DNA from: Spirogloea muscicola
Lineage: Eukaryota
Reading direction: 5' to 3'
Length of the DNA: 36,339 nucleotides
NCBI GenBank assembly: GCA_009602725.1
Contig: WELB01000001.1
Location: 1,950,545-1,986,883, forward strand
In this document: positions 1-12,214 of the stretch, piece by piece
How positions within the stretch are numbered: position 1 is the stretch's first letter
Layout of the letters: every line of letters begins with the position of its first letter
Position numbers and translations under genes: made by a program
Notes under the pieces: model-generated
What the model was told of the DNA's origin: nothing
Seen by the model: the letters and a program-made list of their open reading frames with translations, nothing else
Database searches by the model: none

Positions 1-176
1 TTTCACTGATCAAAATTGACATCTCTGTCTTGAGTTCTGAAGTTTAACGTTGACATTTTGAAGTTGTGACGTTTTGACTTTCAATGACCAATCAGCTGCT
101 GATGATCACCTTTCCTTACTGTTTAGTAGATATTTAATAACTCTCTGCAGGCTCCTGCCATATCTGTTGCTTGCAG

Positions 177-1203
177 CTGTACTTCGATTTTATAAGTTTT
201 GCTCAATTTGCCACCATCTCAAGGGCAATGCAGACAGGCGAGCTTGTGTTTCAGGTCAGACCGGACTTCATGCCTCAATTTATTAGCCTGATGTTGCTCA
301 TCCTGGTATTGGTGCAAGTCACATCTGGTATAAGAAGGCATCTAGCGACACACTGTCAGGTGTATCTTACCATCCTTCTTACATGTGATCACTTGTGGCT
401 GCAGGAGAGAACAGGGTCGGCAGGTGAGCTGAGGACAGTCATCAGGGACGAGCGTTTCCACGATAATGCCTCCCTGCCAAAGGCCTTTGAGCATCAAGCT
501 GGCTCCAGAATCTATACGTCTCTTGTTGAGGGGTTTGAAGGGATCGTTTTTGGGGCCCCAAAGCCTTGCCCACCTGGGGCAAACATTGACTTGGTGAGAA
601 TCAAATGTTCTTGCTGCAAGTTCTAGCTTGCTGATCAACGAGCCTTGTCTACCTCACGGTTGTGTGTATGCAGAAGTCACCTCAAGAGGTTCATGTAGCA
701 GCAGTGGGTCCACTTACACAGGCTGACATCTTGGACCACCCGCGTGCAGGTTGTAGAATCTGTTCGGTCTCTCCTTGATGTTTTGGTATCCCATGGGTAT
801 GCACTTGCTGCAACTGTAGCTGATGTGAACAGTACCGGCGATGCTGGGAGCTTCCAGGTACATCAAACAGAGGCTTACTTCTATGGGATTGCAATGTAAT
901 GAGCAATCTGCTTGGCAAGGCATACTCAATCTTCATTGGCCAAGGTCTACACGTATAGCCTGCAGCTTTTGCTGATGTCAATAATCTTGCAATGTCTTGC
1001 TGCAGCTTAACTTGGAGGGACCTGCAACATTGTGGGGGATGCGGACACTGGCCAATAGGGGCGCTTGGACAAGGAGCGAATTCCATGCTCTCGCCATTGC
1101 AGCTCTGCTCAGGGCCAGTCAGTTTGACTGCAATTGCTCGCCTCAATACGCAGAAACTTCATGCCTTGAAAGATGGACAATTACTAGGGATACGAGAAGA
1201 TAG
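177..1203 (+). CDS. 3' part of a conserved algal-type protein of unknown function (5' end outside window)
   Basis: Exons 177-254, 405-593, 750-857 and 1006-1203 are all GT-AG, phase 0, and join into one open frame: LYFDFISFAQFATISRAMQ...DNASLPKAF...LLDVLVSHGYA...LEGPATLWG...TRR*. The YFDFISFAQ and GPATLWG motifs are recalled from uncharacterised algal proteins; function not assigned. Confidence 0.8.
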
Positions 1204-1592
1204 GAGCCATTGAGAGCATAGGAAAGAGAACAATATTTATGTGAGCCGTGGGTCTGAGCCATGGATGCCTGGTTCTATGTTGTTGCCCTGACTTCCTGGC
1301 AGCCCGTCAATGGGTGTCAGAGGTCATTATATTTTATAGATATGCCAGGATTTTGACGTAATGTGCGTTACAGTTTTGACGCGAGAGTACTTTCTCAACG
1401 TTAGAGCTTTAATTTATCCCACATTTATTGCGAACGAGCTTGCAAACATATATTTCGCTTCAGAATGTTGGTGCAGCCCTAGCCTTCAGGAGCTAAGTAT
1501 ATGTACCTTATGTGCTGCAGACCTGATAACAAGTGATGTGCGGCTTTCGCTGTCAGTCGGAGCAGCATTTGCCATACTGATGCTCGTCCTAA

Positions 1593-2455
1593 TTAGATGG
1601 CATTCTGGGGCTTCTTATATGCAACCTTAGGCTTCTCAATAAGTCGCTTCCACTCTCTGCTTTCCTCTGGTGGCACGGCCACGGTGAAAGTGCCTTCCTC
1701 GAGACCTAGGACAATATATGCAGCTGTTGTAAAGAATTTCATCAAAAGCTTTTGTCAAACAAGCAGCACGATTTTGACATACCAGAAATCGAAGTGCAAG
1801 CTGGTAGCATGCCCATATGGCAAATCTTGTGGAGACTATATTGGATGAAATCAGGGCGAGGTATTAGCTCACTGGTTGCTATTTGTAACGACAGGGACAA
1901 CTTACAAGTGTAGCTGTTTTTAAGTAACTGCCTCAAGGTGACGCTTGTGCATTGCAGGTCCTATCTAGATCACGAAGTTGGTTTTATATACCTTCATAGA
2001 ATGCTGCGGTCTCTTGGTGGAGATCCACATGATATTTGCGCCACAACAGAGCACCACTGATAGCAATGAGAAGTCCATTGCGTATCTCTGAGAGAAGACT
2101 GTATCTCGCCCTGCGTGCCTGCCAAGAAAGACAACCTGAACATTTATGTCATGGAACCACACATTCACATGTGATTTCTCTGAGAGCCATATAGGAGTCT
2201 GTCAGACTGCCTGTTTTTGCCGTCTTGTCTCAGAAAGGTAGATATTAAAGTAGCTAGCTGAGAAAATAGTCGCAGTCAGGTGGTCTCGCTGTTAGCAGAC
2301 TGCCTGAACCTTCTGTAATAAGAAAGGCATCATCACAAATTTTACGGATAGCCAACAGAAGTTGGGCATGCAGCAAGAGTCTTCTGGAAAGGCCTGCTGA
2401 TTACCTGGTGACCCATGGATGCGGCTGCTGTAAGTTGAGCATGCGCAGGCGCCAT
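1593..2455 (-). CDS. COX5C: Cytochrome c oxidase subunit 5c-like (plant COX5c family), 96 aa
   Basis: Exons 2455-2405, 2118-1992 and 1705-1593 with consistent phases. SLLSEIRNGLLIAISGALLWRKYHVDLHQETAAFYEGLEEGTFTV follows the plant COX5c pattern (EI..G, G.LWK.HH, AFYD.LEKG). A 5'UTR intron is present at about 2625-2458. Confidence 0.75.
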
Positions 2456-4492
2456 TTCTGCAGAAGCAATGCCGAGTGGGTCTGTGCCTGTCTGTGCCTC
2501 GCTTGCAGCGCTGGCTCAATACCAGAAGTGCACTAGGAGAAAATCTCTTCCAGTAGTGGACGATGGCTGTGATTAGCCAGCCCAGAAAACGAAAGAAGAG
2601 GCGCCAGAAGAGCGCTGATACTCACAGCGACTCAAGTAGCCAGACGGCTAGAAGGCCTGAGCCACAGGCGCAGTTGCAGCGGCAGCGAGCTTCATGGGCG
2701 AGGGCTCAAAGCCAAGCCGCCGGGGCCGGCGCCTTGGCCGGCGGCGGCGGCGGCGGGGAGGAGGGGCCTGCAGGCTGTGCATGTCCGACGCTCGGGGAAG
2801 CGGCGGGCTGGCCAATGCCACTGCGGCTTCGTGCCACCGTGGCTCAACCGGGGTATAGTCATTCGGGGTCGGGCTCAAGGAACAGCCCTTCCTCATCAAC
2901 CATTTATTGGGCTGATTTTCCACAGCCCTGACTCACTTCGAAAGAGCTCATTTCTTCCAATGTAGAACACTGGCTGTGCGAGGCCGGCCCAAAGGACTGT
3001 GCAAGGTCCGAAACTATTTAGTTGACGAGCGCGGCCAGTGCGTCAGCCCAGGGTCCGGCCTGTTGGAAATAAGCCAGCCACGCGCTGGGACCGGCAGTCG
3101 AATCCTCAAGCGACGAGCCTGTAGAGTCTGCTGGACCTGGAAATTTCCACGCCACAGCCAGCGCCCTTATAAGTTGGCCCTTTTGGCAGTTACGTTGTTA
3201 ACAGCCGCTGGCAGAAGTTCCTTCACCTCCGCCTGGACAAGCGTGCAGAGGACAAGGGATGCCGGGTACACCCAACAACTTCTGAGGCCTGCTACACCAT
3301 GTCTATTTAGCTAATACCTGCTGCTATTCATCTCGCTAGCTCAGGAATGGGCTGTGGAACAGCTCTGCAGCATCAGCTGCAGCATGTTCTGGTTAAGGGG
3401 TCACAAATTGCACCGGTGCTTAGAGTGACGGTGTTGGCAGAGTACCGGCCTTGAACCAACGCTCCTTGATAGTACACAAAGTGCCCGCAGCAGTTGGTCA
3501 TATTATCAATGTAACTGCCTATACCAGCTCGGCTAGGCTGTGGAAGGTGCTCATTGCTAGCAATGAGCCTTGGATTTGAAAGGACCATGTACTCGATACT
3601 TGCTACTCAAACACCGCCGCAAGCTTGGTGCACATTTACATTTGCCATGTCAAACCTGTCACAATTTCCACATGCATGCACAAAAAACCAAAACCTTCTC
3701 ATTTTGGCAAAATTCACTTTCATTGTGGGTCCCAGACAAGCCCTCAGAAAGATTCAAGTCTGAGCCGATTAATTTTCACAAAAATCAGCGCTGCAAGGCA
3801 AAGTCATCAAGTCACTGTATACAGCCTTAGGATGGTCCTGAAGCGATGCTACTTGCACTGAGCTGACACCTGACAACCAGCATTCAAATTCTGAAAGCAG
3901 AGTACGTCAAGACAGACCAGTAACATAAAATGCTTGCCAGCTTTCTTAATCAAGCCTATTTGATCCTCAAGGGTCTCACCTGATGCTGGCATTGGCAAAC
4001 AACCGCCTGTTGAAATCTGTTGCAGACATACTGCTCAAAGGTCCTTCCTCCTTGCTTCTGAGGACATTACCTGCTTGCCTTATCATTAAATTGAGCAAAT
4101 TTACAGAGTCGAGGCTGGCAGGTACATGGAAATTCTGCATGGAACCAGTAGAGGTTAACACCAAGTTGGCCTTCCTGAGCTGCTGAGTAGCAAGTAGATG
4201 CTGCCTCTTTAAGCTGCAGATCGATGAGAGAGCAAGGGTCAGCTGCATGCAGCATGAAGTGTTCTGTAATTGGTACTAGCAAATGCATCTCTATGCTGAC
4301 ACTGTTACTAATAATGATGACAGCCGTTGATGTACTTTGAGGTAGTTGTCAGTTTTTCCAGATTTTCTTTCGCAGTTAAGCAGAGCAAGTGCTACAGCTA
4401 GACGTCACAGGACGAGGTGTGGGGAAAGTACCAAGGGCCGCTTGTCGGAGCACAAGCTAGGAGTGCAGGTGCCCAGCTTCAGAATTGCTGTC

Positions 4493-5506
4493 TCATGTAT
4501 GCTGCTGACGCGCTCCTAAGTCAGGACCGACATCCTGCGTATCATTGACATGTGAAGGCACTTATGATCGTGATCTACCGACCATGATCGGACCAGTTCA
4601 GGCCGAAGGCACAGTAACTGTCCTTTAAGTGTGCTGCATGTTTTGCACCTTGTCACTTCGACTTCTACAGAGCGCGAGAAATGTGTAACAACCAGAGAAA
4701 GTGCATTTTGTTCTGACTGCCCACTCCCAGACCTATTTGACTTTCCCAATTAATAATTGGGAATTCCAGGTGTCAGTGAGAGCTTGCACATTCAGTAGCC
4801 TCTTTAGAGCACAACAAGAGAATAAAAGAGCAAAGGTCCATCTAACCTTGGACCCAGAGTTCATGTAAGGGCCTCGCTGAACGGCCTGGGAGTTCAGTGG
4901 CTTCTCTACGTCAATGATTGGCTTCTCTTGCCTCGATCTTCCATCACACACAGAAGCATCTGTCATTCTTCTCACCTCATCAGCTAAGAGAGCAATGAAG
5001 GGTGTGTGAACTTGGTGATGTGAATGTGGTGAGTATCATTACGGAAGTAGCCAGCTATCTGACTGCCTGACCGCCTTGCAAGCTGCAGCAGCAGGGGAGG
5101 TGATTCCTGTTCTTTTCTATGGCAAGGTTAGCTACTGGGCAGTACGAGCAGCAGTGAGTCAAGCAATCAGGTGGGCAACGATTGCCAGTCTGTTTAATTC
5201 CAGCTTGGTCCTAGGGTAAGCTTTAGAAGTCTGGAAGAGATGGCACTCCTACTCTGAGGAGCCCCTGTTGCTAGTGTGCTGTTCGTCCAGCTCTGCCAAG
5301 ACTTCTGGGCTGGCCTCTCTTGCTGATTGTTTCTATGAGAGGCGCTTTCCGCTGATCACTTTGAGAGGAACAAGACAGGAGCGGCGCCTGCTGGGGCCCC
5401 GGCAGCTTGGCCTGACTCACCTCAGCACGAAGGGGAAGACGAGGCCCGCGCAGGCGAAAGCGCCAAGGCCGGCGGCCAGGGCGAGGTTGGCCCCGCGGCC
5501 GGACAT
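4493..5506 (-). CDS. Small single-pass membrane protein, 72 aa, plant family with GL.FPF...KP.ID..KPL..QA..RGPY.N.GS.DVGPD pattern
   Basis: Exons 5506-5421, 4937-4847 and 4534-4493 are GT-AG and phase-consistent: MSGRGANLALAAGLGAFACAGLVFPFVLR/SRQEKPIIDVEKPLNSQAVQRGPYMNSGSK/DVGPDLGARQQHT*. Matches a recalled conserved plant microprotein of unknown function. Confidence 0.85.
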
Positions 5507-5954
5507 GACACCGCGGCTGGGGGCCCGCTCCGCAATAGTGGAAGCCGGGGACGGGGCGAGCCGGCTCGTCGCCAACAAGCCTGTTTGGCCCGACTTGGTG
5601 CCAGGGCTCGTCGCAGGCACGCAGGCGTCGAGGCGCCGGCTTGGCGGGGCGTCGTGCTTGCGTGTTTCGTGTGCTGGCTGGACTGGCCTCCTTTTCATAT
5701 GCTTGCCTTTGTACTTGGCCACACATGGCCTCCCCATCTCTTAATATACACGCATTTCCTTTTCTGGCTAGCTTATTACAGCCATTGCCCCCATTGGGAG
5801 AGCCACTTCCCTTGCAAGTATGCGCACCTTCAAGCAAGGCGCCTTCCCCCCTGGTCACCTTTATGCGCCCCGCGCGCCTTCTCTTTCCCTTGTCACCTTC
5901 GGCACCTTATTTTAGGTCTCCGTATTATTTACCCTTGTTTAGATTGCACTAGAC

Positions 5955-6022
5955 TCTGCCTGAACAATGTATTGGCTTGAATTGGCCTCCCTTTTATTTC
6001 ATGCGCCCCGCGCGCTATCTCT
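5955..6022 (+). repeat. Dispersed repeat module A (~70 bp: GCCTGAACAATGTATTGGCTTGA..TGGCCTCCCTTT...ATGCGCNCCGCGCGC..TCTCT)
   Basis: Homologous copies at about 8397-8470, 12835-12905, 26655-26720 and 27282-27340, with a partial copy at 5862-5888. All are on the + strand. Confidence 0.85.
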
Positions 6023-6100
6023 CCTGCGCTTCTGAAGTAGACGCCTGCTTCAGCGCTTTGCCCACTTTCTCGCACTAGCTTGAAGAGCTGTTCCAGCGTC

Positions 6101-6270
6101 TCTGACCTGAGGCTACTTAGCAGGGGTTACTGAGTGATCCGTAGCTGCTTTGTGTCTTTGTGTGCTTGTTTTTCTTAGCGCTTCCCCTGGCCCCCTCTTC
6201 TCGTCCTTTGTTGATTCTTTTTTGGGCTGGCTTTTCCAGCCCCTGTTCTCAATGGGCAAGAACTTTCTTC
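6101..6270 (+). repeat. Dispersed repeat cassette B, copy 1 (GGTTACTGAG head + TTCTTAGCGCTTCCCCTGGCCCCC + GGGCTGGCTTTTCCAGCCC dyad)
   Basis: Near-identical to 29723-29879 (+) and, without the head, to 12296-12405 (-). Alignable by eye. Confidence 0.9.
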
Positions 6271-6555
6271 TTGTTCCTTGTCCCCCCACTCAGCCCCCCC
6301 TCCGCCTCGCGCCCTAGAGCCGGCGGCCGTCTCCGCGTCGACGCCGGCGCGTCTGGCTCCCCCCTTGCCGCGCCGCGCCGCTCGCAGCGGACCAACGCAC
6401 GCCGCGCGCCGGCATTGGCAGCTTCCTCGTTGCTGCACCAAGTTGAGCCAGCCGGAGCCTTGCCGGGCAGGCCGGGACTTGTCATTGCGACATTGACTTT
6501 GACGTACCACAGCCAGATGCTGTGCTTGCTTTACCTGCCTTGAGCTAGCAGTACC

Positions 6556-7045
6556 ATGGGCGCGGCTTCCGAAGACGGCTCCGTCAGTCAGGCGACCGAA
6601 CCAGCAGGGCAACAGCGACTATCAGCTGCTCAATTTCAGCAGTGGAAGGCTGCCAAGGTAGCAACTCAATCCTGAAAAGTGCGATATGAAAGTACCGGAC
6701 AACAAAGCAAGATTCCGTGCAGCTTCCCGAAGCTGCATAAAGTGCTGCAACACGATGATCATCTATAGTGGCCAACTGGTTCCACCGAGAGGGAAGTGGA
6801 AGTTTTGTAGCCAGAAAAGCGTCCTTTCAGCTACCAAACACCTTCATAGCCTTTGGCTGCAGGTGCTCACCCTGATCGATAGACATGGTTATCCTGGTGT
6901 GCAGGATCTGAGGGCTCAAGAAGCTGCTGAAGCTGCAGCCAAGCAACGGGCCCTTGACATTGCTGCAGGTCGGATCGCAAGGAATGGCCGCGAGTTGTTC
7001 ATGCATGAGCCCTGGGTCTTTGACGATTCTCGATGGTCTGACTGA
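6556..7045 (+). CDS. Small protein, 80 aa, resembling the ZC3H15/TMA46 (DFRP_C-like) C-terminal region
   Basis: Exons 6556-6657 and 6905-7045: ...LSAAQFQQWKAAK/DLRAQEAAEAAAKQRALDIAAGRIARNGRELFMHEPWVFDDSRWSD*. The F..WK...GRELF..P..F.D pattern is typical of this family. Confidence 0.8.
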
Positions 7046-8515
7046 CAAGGGGCCTAGTAAAACTTGTGAGGTGCCACCTACTCTGCCTGATGTAGGAGGC
7101 TATATGGCTCCGTTCCCATGCAGATACTGTAGATTTTATTATGTATATTAAATTTAGGTCGTCCATTCCTGCGTGGCTTGTCTGGGAAGACTGTCTGATA
7201 TTTGTCTTGTGACCAATATCGAGTCCTTCAAGCCAAAAAGGTGCCAGGCTGTTAACGTCATATTGTAAGCTTTGAGCAGCCTGCCTAGAAGTGCCACAGG
7301 TTCATGAAGATTACACTGCTGGGCAGGGTTCCCAGTCCCTTGTCCTGCCCAAGCATCCGCAATGACATGGTCACCAACAAGCATAAACACAGCCTCAAGG
7401 GGAAAGGTTAATCTGCATGAAGTTGATATAGCAATTTATAGTATTCACCTTATGGAGTTGGGTACACAAAAGAGTGATGCTTCGCATGGGGAATACAGGT
7501 TGAAAAGAGTCACATCAGCTAGAAATTGCAAAGCACCACCACTGACATCCGATGAACAGGCTTGTAACCAAATTGCGACCAGAAAGGAGTAGAATATTAG
7601 GCGCTTGCTATGCTTTGATGTGAGCGCAGAAGCTTAGCTGCGAGGCTGAGATTGAAACTCAGCGAGCTGGCCTTTCTGTCAATGCACATGAGTAGCACAT
7701 TGACCACACGTGCATGACAGTGGGCCCTGGCTAGGCAGCGGCTGAGAGCTCAGGGCCAAGGCCACTTTTCTTTGTATAGGCAGGAAAGCAAGCAATAATG
7801 AAGCAGCCGAGGTCATGGAGAAGCGAGGAAACCCTTACCTTTATGGGACTGTGGCTTAAGGGGCAAGCAAAGAGACGATTAGTTCAAACTTCGCCAGGCA
7901 GGCAATAGGTAGAGATGCAACTGTCTAAAAGGGCAGTAGCTGTACTGAAGCAGTTATGTGACAAGGGGCCCCATTGGCATAGCATTGACACTGGAGCATG
8001 GATACCAAGCTCCTCAAACGTGATCAAATGCCAGTGGGCGATCAGCCCAATAGTAAAGGTCGAGAACATGGTAAGTAGGGCCAGGCGCACCTAATGACAG
8101 CCATCGCTCTGTTTGAAGGGCTCATTCTCTAGAAGTGACTGAGTGCTAGTTTGTCAAGCTTTGAACAGCGGCTGCTTCATCAGGGGTTATCGAGCAGCCT
8201 TCCACAGCCACTACTTTGAATGCGCGTTTGCATGTTCCCCAAAGTACTATGCTGGCCTGTCACAGCCATCGGCCCCCCTGGGAAATATCTCTTGTGCTCG
8301 TCCGAAGAGGGCAATGCTGTGATAGGCCAGCCCAAAGCAACGGACAATATCAATGTAGGCGAAAGGCGAAGAGCTTAGAGGAATCAATCTCGAAGTTCTG
8401 CCTGAACAATGTACCGGCTCAGCTTAGCCTCCCTTTCATTTCTTGCGCACGGTACGCCTTCTCTTCTCTCTCGCCTCGCCCCCTCGGACCATGAACGCAA
8501 GTCCACTCCATTGAG

Positions 8516-8670
8516 CCTGGCTGATGTCTTAGTCCTAGTCCTTCGCACTCCGGCTCCTTCAGACCTTGTCCATTCCTTTGGGCTGGCCTTTCCCAGCCAC
8601 CAGTCAATTTGGCCGCGCTTTCTTTGGGCTGGCTCTCACAGCCACCAGTCAATCCGGCCGCGCTTTCTCT
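8516..8670 (+). repeat. Dispersed repeat module C with tandem duplication of the dyad unit
   Basis: 8516-8622 matches the reverse complement of 12460-12563. The unit TTTGGGCTGGC..CAGCCACCAGTCAAT..GGCCGCGCTTTC occurs twice (about 8577-8622 and 8623-8668). Confidence 0.9.
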
Positions 8671-9223
8671 AATTCTTTCCTTTGAGAGAGCTGCTTCTTC
8701 ACTTTTGTCGGCTAGCTTTATTTCTCTCGCCAAGGAAGTGGCAAATGGATTCGGACGCGAGTCACAGGCGGCCTGGTTGGCTGAACGCCCACGGCCGTGG
8801 CGGTTCATCCTCCGCCATGCATGATTCGACGCCAGAGGTTCTTGGACGGCCCCGCCACTGCCGCCCTCCTTCCGCATCGCCGCCGCCGCCGACGACGGGC
8901 CGCCGGGGTGCAAGTCTCCTTCTGCAGGCGCCTGCTCATCCGTACCCTGTACGTCATTGCGGCTACGGCGGCTGTCAATATGTGCAGGTTGAGTAGCGGC
9001 TGTGCTTGGCCTGCAGGACAATACGGCTCGTCCCGCTGTTGCGCTGCGCGGTCCCTCTTATGCACCTTGCCTGACAGAGAAGTCTGGACTGGAATCAACC
9101 TCCCGAGCCAGGGCACTCAGTGCTGATGCTGCGCATGTGTACAGGCTGTTAGCGGCAGAGCTAGTGGCTTAAGCGAGAGCACTTGCTGAGCTCAAAGAGC
9201 TGCTGTGAAGGCAAGCTACATAC

Positions 9224-11499
9224 ATGCACATAGCTACAGCTATGGTGTCAGCTGCGGCGTTTTGCTGCCTAGGCCTGCTGGTCGCCTCAACACCGCAGCC
9301 GACAGCCACAGGAGTGCCACAACTTGCTCAGGTATGATACTTTTGCAGTCAAAACCATCACAAATGATGTAACAAAAATGCATCGCAGCAGACACAGCAA
9401 CGATTGTAGCTTGACAGATGAGGTCCTTGTTTGGTCACCAGTGCAGATGACCACATGTAGCAATGGCATGCGATGCTGACCTCTAAGAATTCTAGAATTA
9501 AAGTACTATGTCAAATCATGAGACTGCAAATTGTAAAGGACAAGCGTAGTCTTGGCCTACCGTCCTGCAAAATAAGGGGCTGACTTGTAGCATCACATTT
9601 CCTGATTCATCAGATGCCTGTTGATGAGGAATTGCCTGTGATACGTGCAGAGCAGAGGACAGCAGCTGCAAATGAACAGGCACAACTGTACGTTAGTAAT
9701 GAATTCCACATTTTCAGACGATAGCTGCGTTGATGAGTCGCAATAAAGAGCTTGTTTGCGCATTCTCCGGCTGGGATGCCCAGACATTCATTGCGCAGCT
9801 ATAGCCAATCAACTCAGAAATCGAGATTGCAGAGTGTTGGCAGCATATGCAGCTACCCTACATATCAGACAAGGCACACAAACGTGCATGTACCAGAAGC
9901 ACATGTACTGATTTTCAAGAGAGAGTGTGCTCTACTAACGCATCTTCAGTGACCTTGCTAACAGATCGATTGACGAGGAGGCACATGCAACGTACTTCTT
10001 CTTCAACAGATTGTCCTAACGTCAGCTTCTTGGCTGTATGTACACACCCTTGACAGACCTAGGCCTCCTTCTAGCGAAGGCAGCTACCCTTGGTCTCAAA
10101 GACGAACAGTTTAGGGTCAACACTCTCTTCTTGCGTTTGAAGCTTTGCGTAGGCAGGTTGTTCTTGTGATACTAACAAGGTGATCATGGCCTAGCAAGAA
10201 TGTAAATGTACCTCTGTACTTAATGGGCATTTCATGAGTAGTCACACTTCCATGCACTTACGTGAAGAGGCCATGCACTCAGTGCCAGAGATCAACGGCA
10301 ACATTCGATTTTCCTTACGATAGTTGTTTTTCCAGTCTCTAGTCAATCACTATCGAGTACGTTAGTGCTCTCTGCTAAGATGCGTATTTGAGACTGGTCG
10401 TATCGCAGGCTCCAAGCTTGAGAGGTGCAATCAAGGCATGCAGAGGCCCATCACCAAATGCCACTCGCTGCTGCAGACCATTAGCTGTTGTACAAGAAGA
10501 ACTCTCCATCTTGTACCCAGGTAAAAGTTGCTCTGACTATAGACAAAATGTCACTTTACAAATTTCGGTTCACATCAGGTCTCAATGATGTACCAGCCAG
10601 AGATTTACTGAGCAGTTGTGTCCTTGAGTCTCACAAGTCCTGTGTAAAGTGACTGATAGGGCGGCCATACTGCATAAGGAGCAAACGATTCAAAGTGAGT
10701 TGTGAGTTGGAGATATAGCTAAGTTGCATTCATCCAAGCCGCTGACTCGATTCTCTGTTTAGTTCTAATGCAGCAACATATGGACAAGCGACTGTCAACA
10801 TAGCAGTAAATGCTGCCTGCAATGCGGCTCTACAGGCAGCACTTCAAGTGCGAGGGGTCACTGTCAACGTGCTTGCCCTGTGTCCAGAGGAGCTTGGAGT
10901 CCAATGTATCAGTCCTGTACGAAACACCTGCCCTGCCAAATCAGTTCCTAAAAGGTGAGAACATGGTGGATAAGGTCGTTTCAATTAATTTGGTACTTGT
11001 CTAATGCGTACAGGGGCTATTTCAAAACCATCTGATTGCTTGAAAACGACCTGTTGGCTGTTGGCTTGCGTGCAGCGGCCATTGCTTATAGGAAGGTGTC
11101 CGCTATGCAAAATCCACAAGCCATGCCAGTCGTCCAACACTGGCATACAATGTCTAATGTTGGCAGGAAGTAGACAGTGCTCAAGAGTTGCTGCCTTTTG
11201 CTGGCAGGGTCGTGCGGCCCTTAGTCATCGCATGTGGCAGCCGAGCTGTGAATGCAACAATAGCATGCAGTATTTGCCTGCTGGAGCTGGCAACAGGAGT
11301 CAATTCACTAATGCATAGCAGTGGGAGCACGCATCACGTCAACCAGACAGTTGCAAACGATTGTGCAGCGCTGCTCATTGTTAGTGCTCTCGTTGTAGAG
11401 CCCATGACAGCTCGCTCATTTGCATACATCCAAAGATGGAACTGCACAGCCGTTGTGCCTACTGATGACGAGGAGACTGTTGCAATTTCCCTCCCATGA
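9224..11499 (+). CDS. Secreted cysteine-rich SPARK-domain-like protein, about 272 aa, with no kinase
   Basis: Exons 9224-9331 (signal-peptide-like), 9651-9687, 9950-10035, 10409-10520, 10774-~10916 (donor uncertain) and 11167-11499. The Cys pattern CP..F...C...CC...Y..TYG...C...LQ..G...C...C...C...CxxC...DC...C follows the SPARK ectodomain arrangement. Confidence 0.65.
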
Positions 11500-12214
11500 A
11501 GAGAGTCTCTTCAAAGAACTATGAAGCGTTCCTGCAGTCTGTTCCAATCTTGTACTTGCTTCTTCATGCGTTCAGAATCACGATCGATCCAAGCTGTACT
11601 CGTCCTTGTAAAGTGCTTCTATCATTTTTGATAGCTAATGAAAGTGTCAAACGTGTCATTAGAATTTACAATTCATGCAGATGCATAACAGCTTGCATAT
11701 TGACCATACATATACGGCATGTGCATCTTGTCCCATTAAGACAGGCATACTGCGATGTTTCACCGAGGAGACAATGTAAATGCAACCAAAACAATTTCCA
11801 GAGGCACTTGAAGGAATGAGTATGCCACAACGGTCTAGGAGTGCTGCCTCCGGGCCCCAGACAGGGTGACGCTTGTCCGCCCCTCTGCACTTGCTGTCTT
11901 ACAGGTTATCGAGCGTTTGCGCAGGTCTTTCGCATGCGCATTCAAGTATCCTCCAGCGGTCCATGGCCCATGCCTTTCTGTGTGCTAGCCGTGCTGTAGC
12001 TCCAGCCTCTGGCATTCGTCAAGGGGACTCTTGCCGCGGCGGCTAGTCACTCTGACTTGCGGCTACTAACGAGGAGGTTACCAAGTGCTTTATCCTACAT
12101 GGTCCTTGCTTGGTTCTGTCTTTCAGCGCTTTTCCGCACCTTCGGACCTTGTCAGTTCCCTTCAGACTGGCTTTTACAGCCCTCGCCCCCTTTGAAGCAG
12201 CCCCATTGGAGAGA

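Noticed and set aside
342..1146. Minus-strand ORFs in the first kilobase
   Set aside because: They are antisense shadows of the well-phased + strand four-exon gene.
6220..6270. GGGCTGG-CTTTT-CCAGCCC hairpin as a Helitron 3' end or intrinsic terminator
   Set aside because: No CTRR terminus at the expected distance, homology continues past the hairpin, and bacterial-type terminators do not apply here.
8516..8670. Repeated palindromic units as a CRISPR array
   Set aside because: Units are dispersed and degenerate, at most 2-3 in tandem, with no regular unique spacers, no cas genes and a eukaryotic context.
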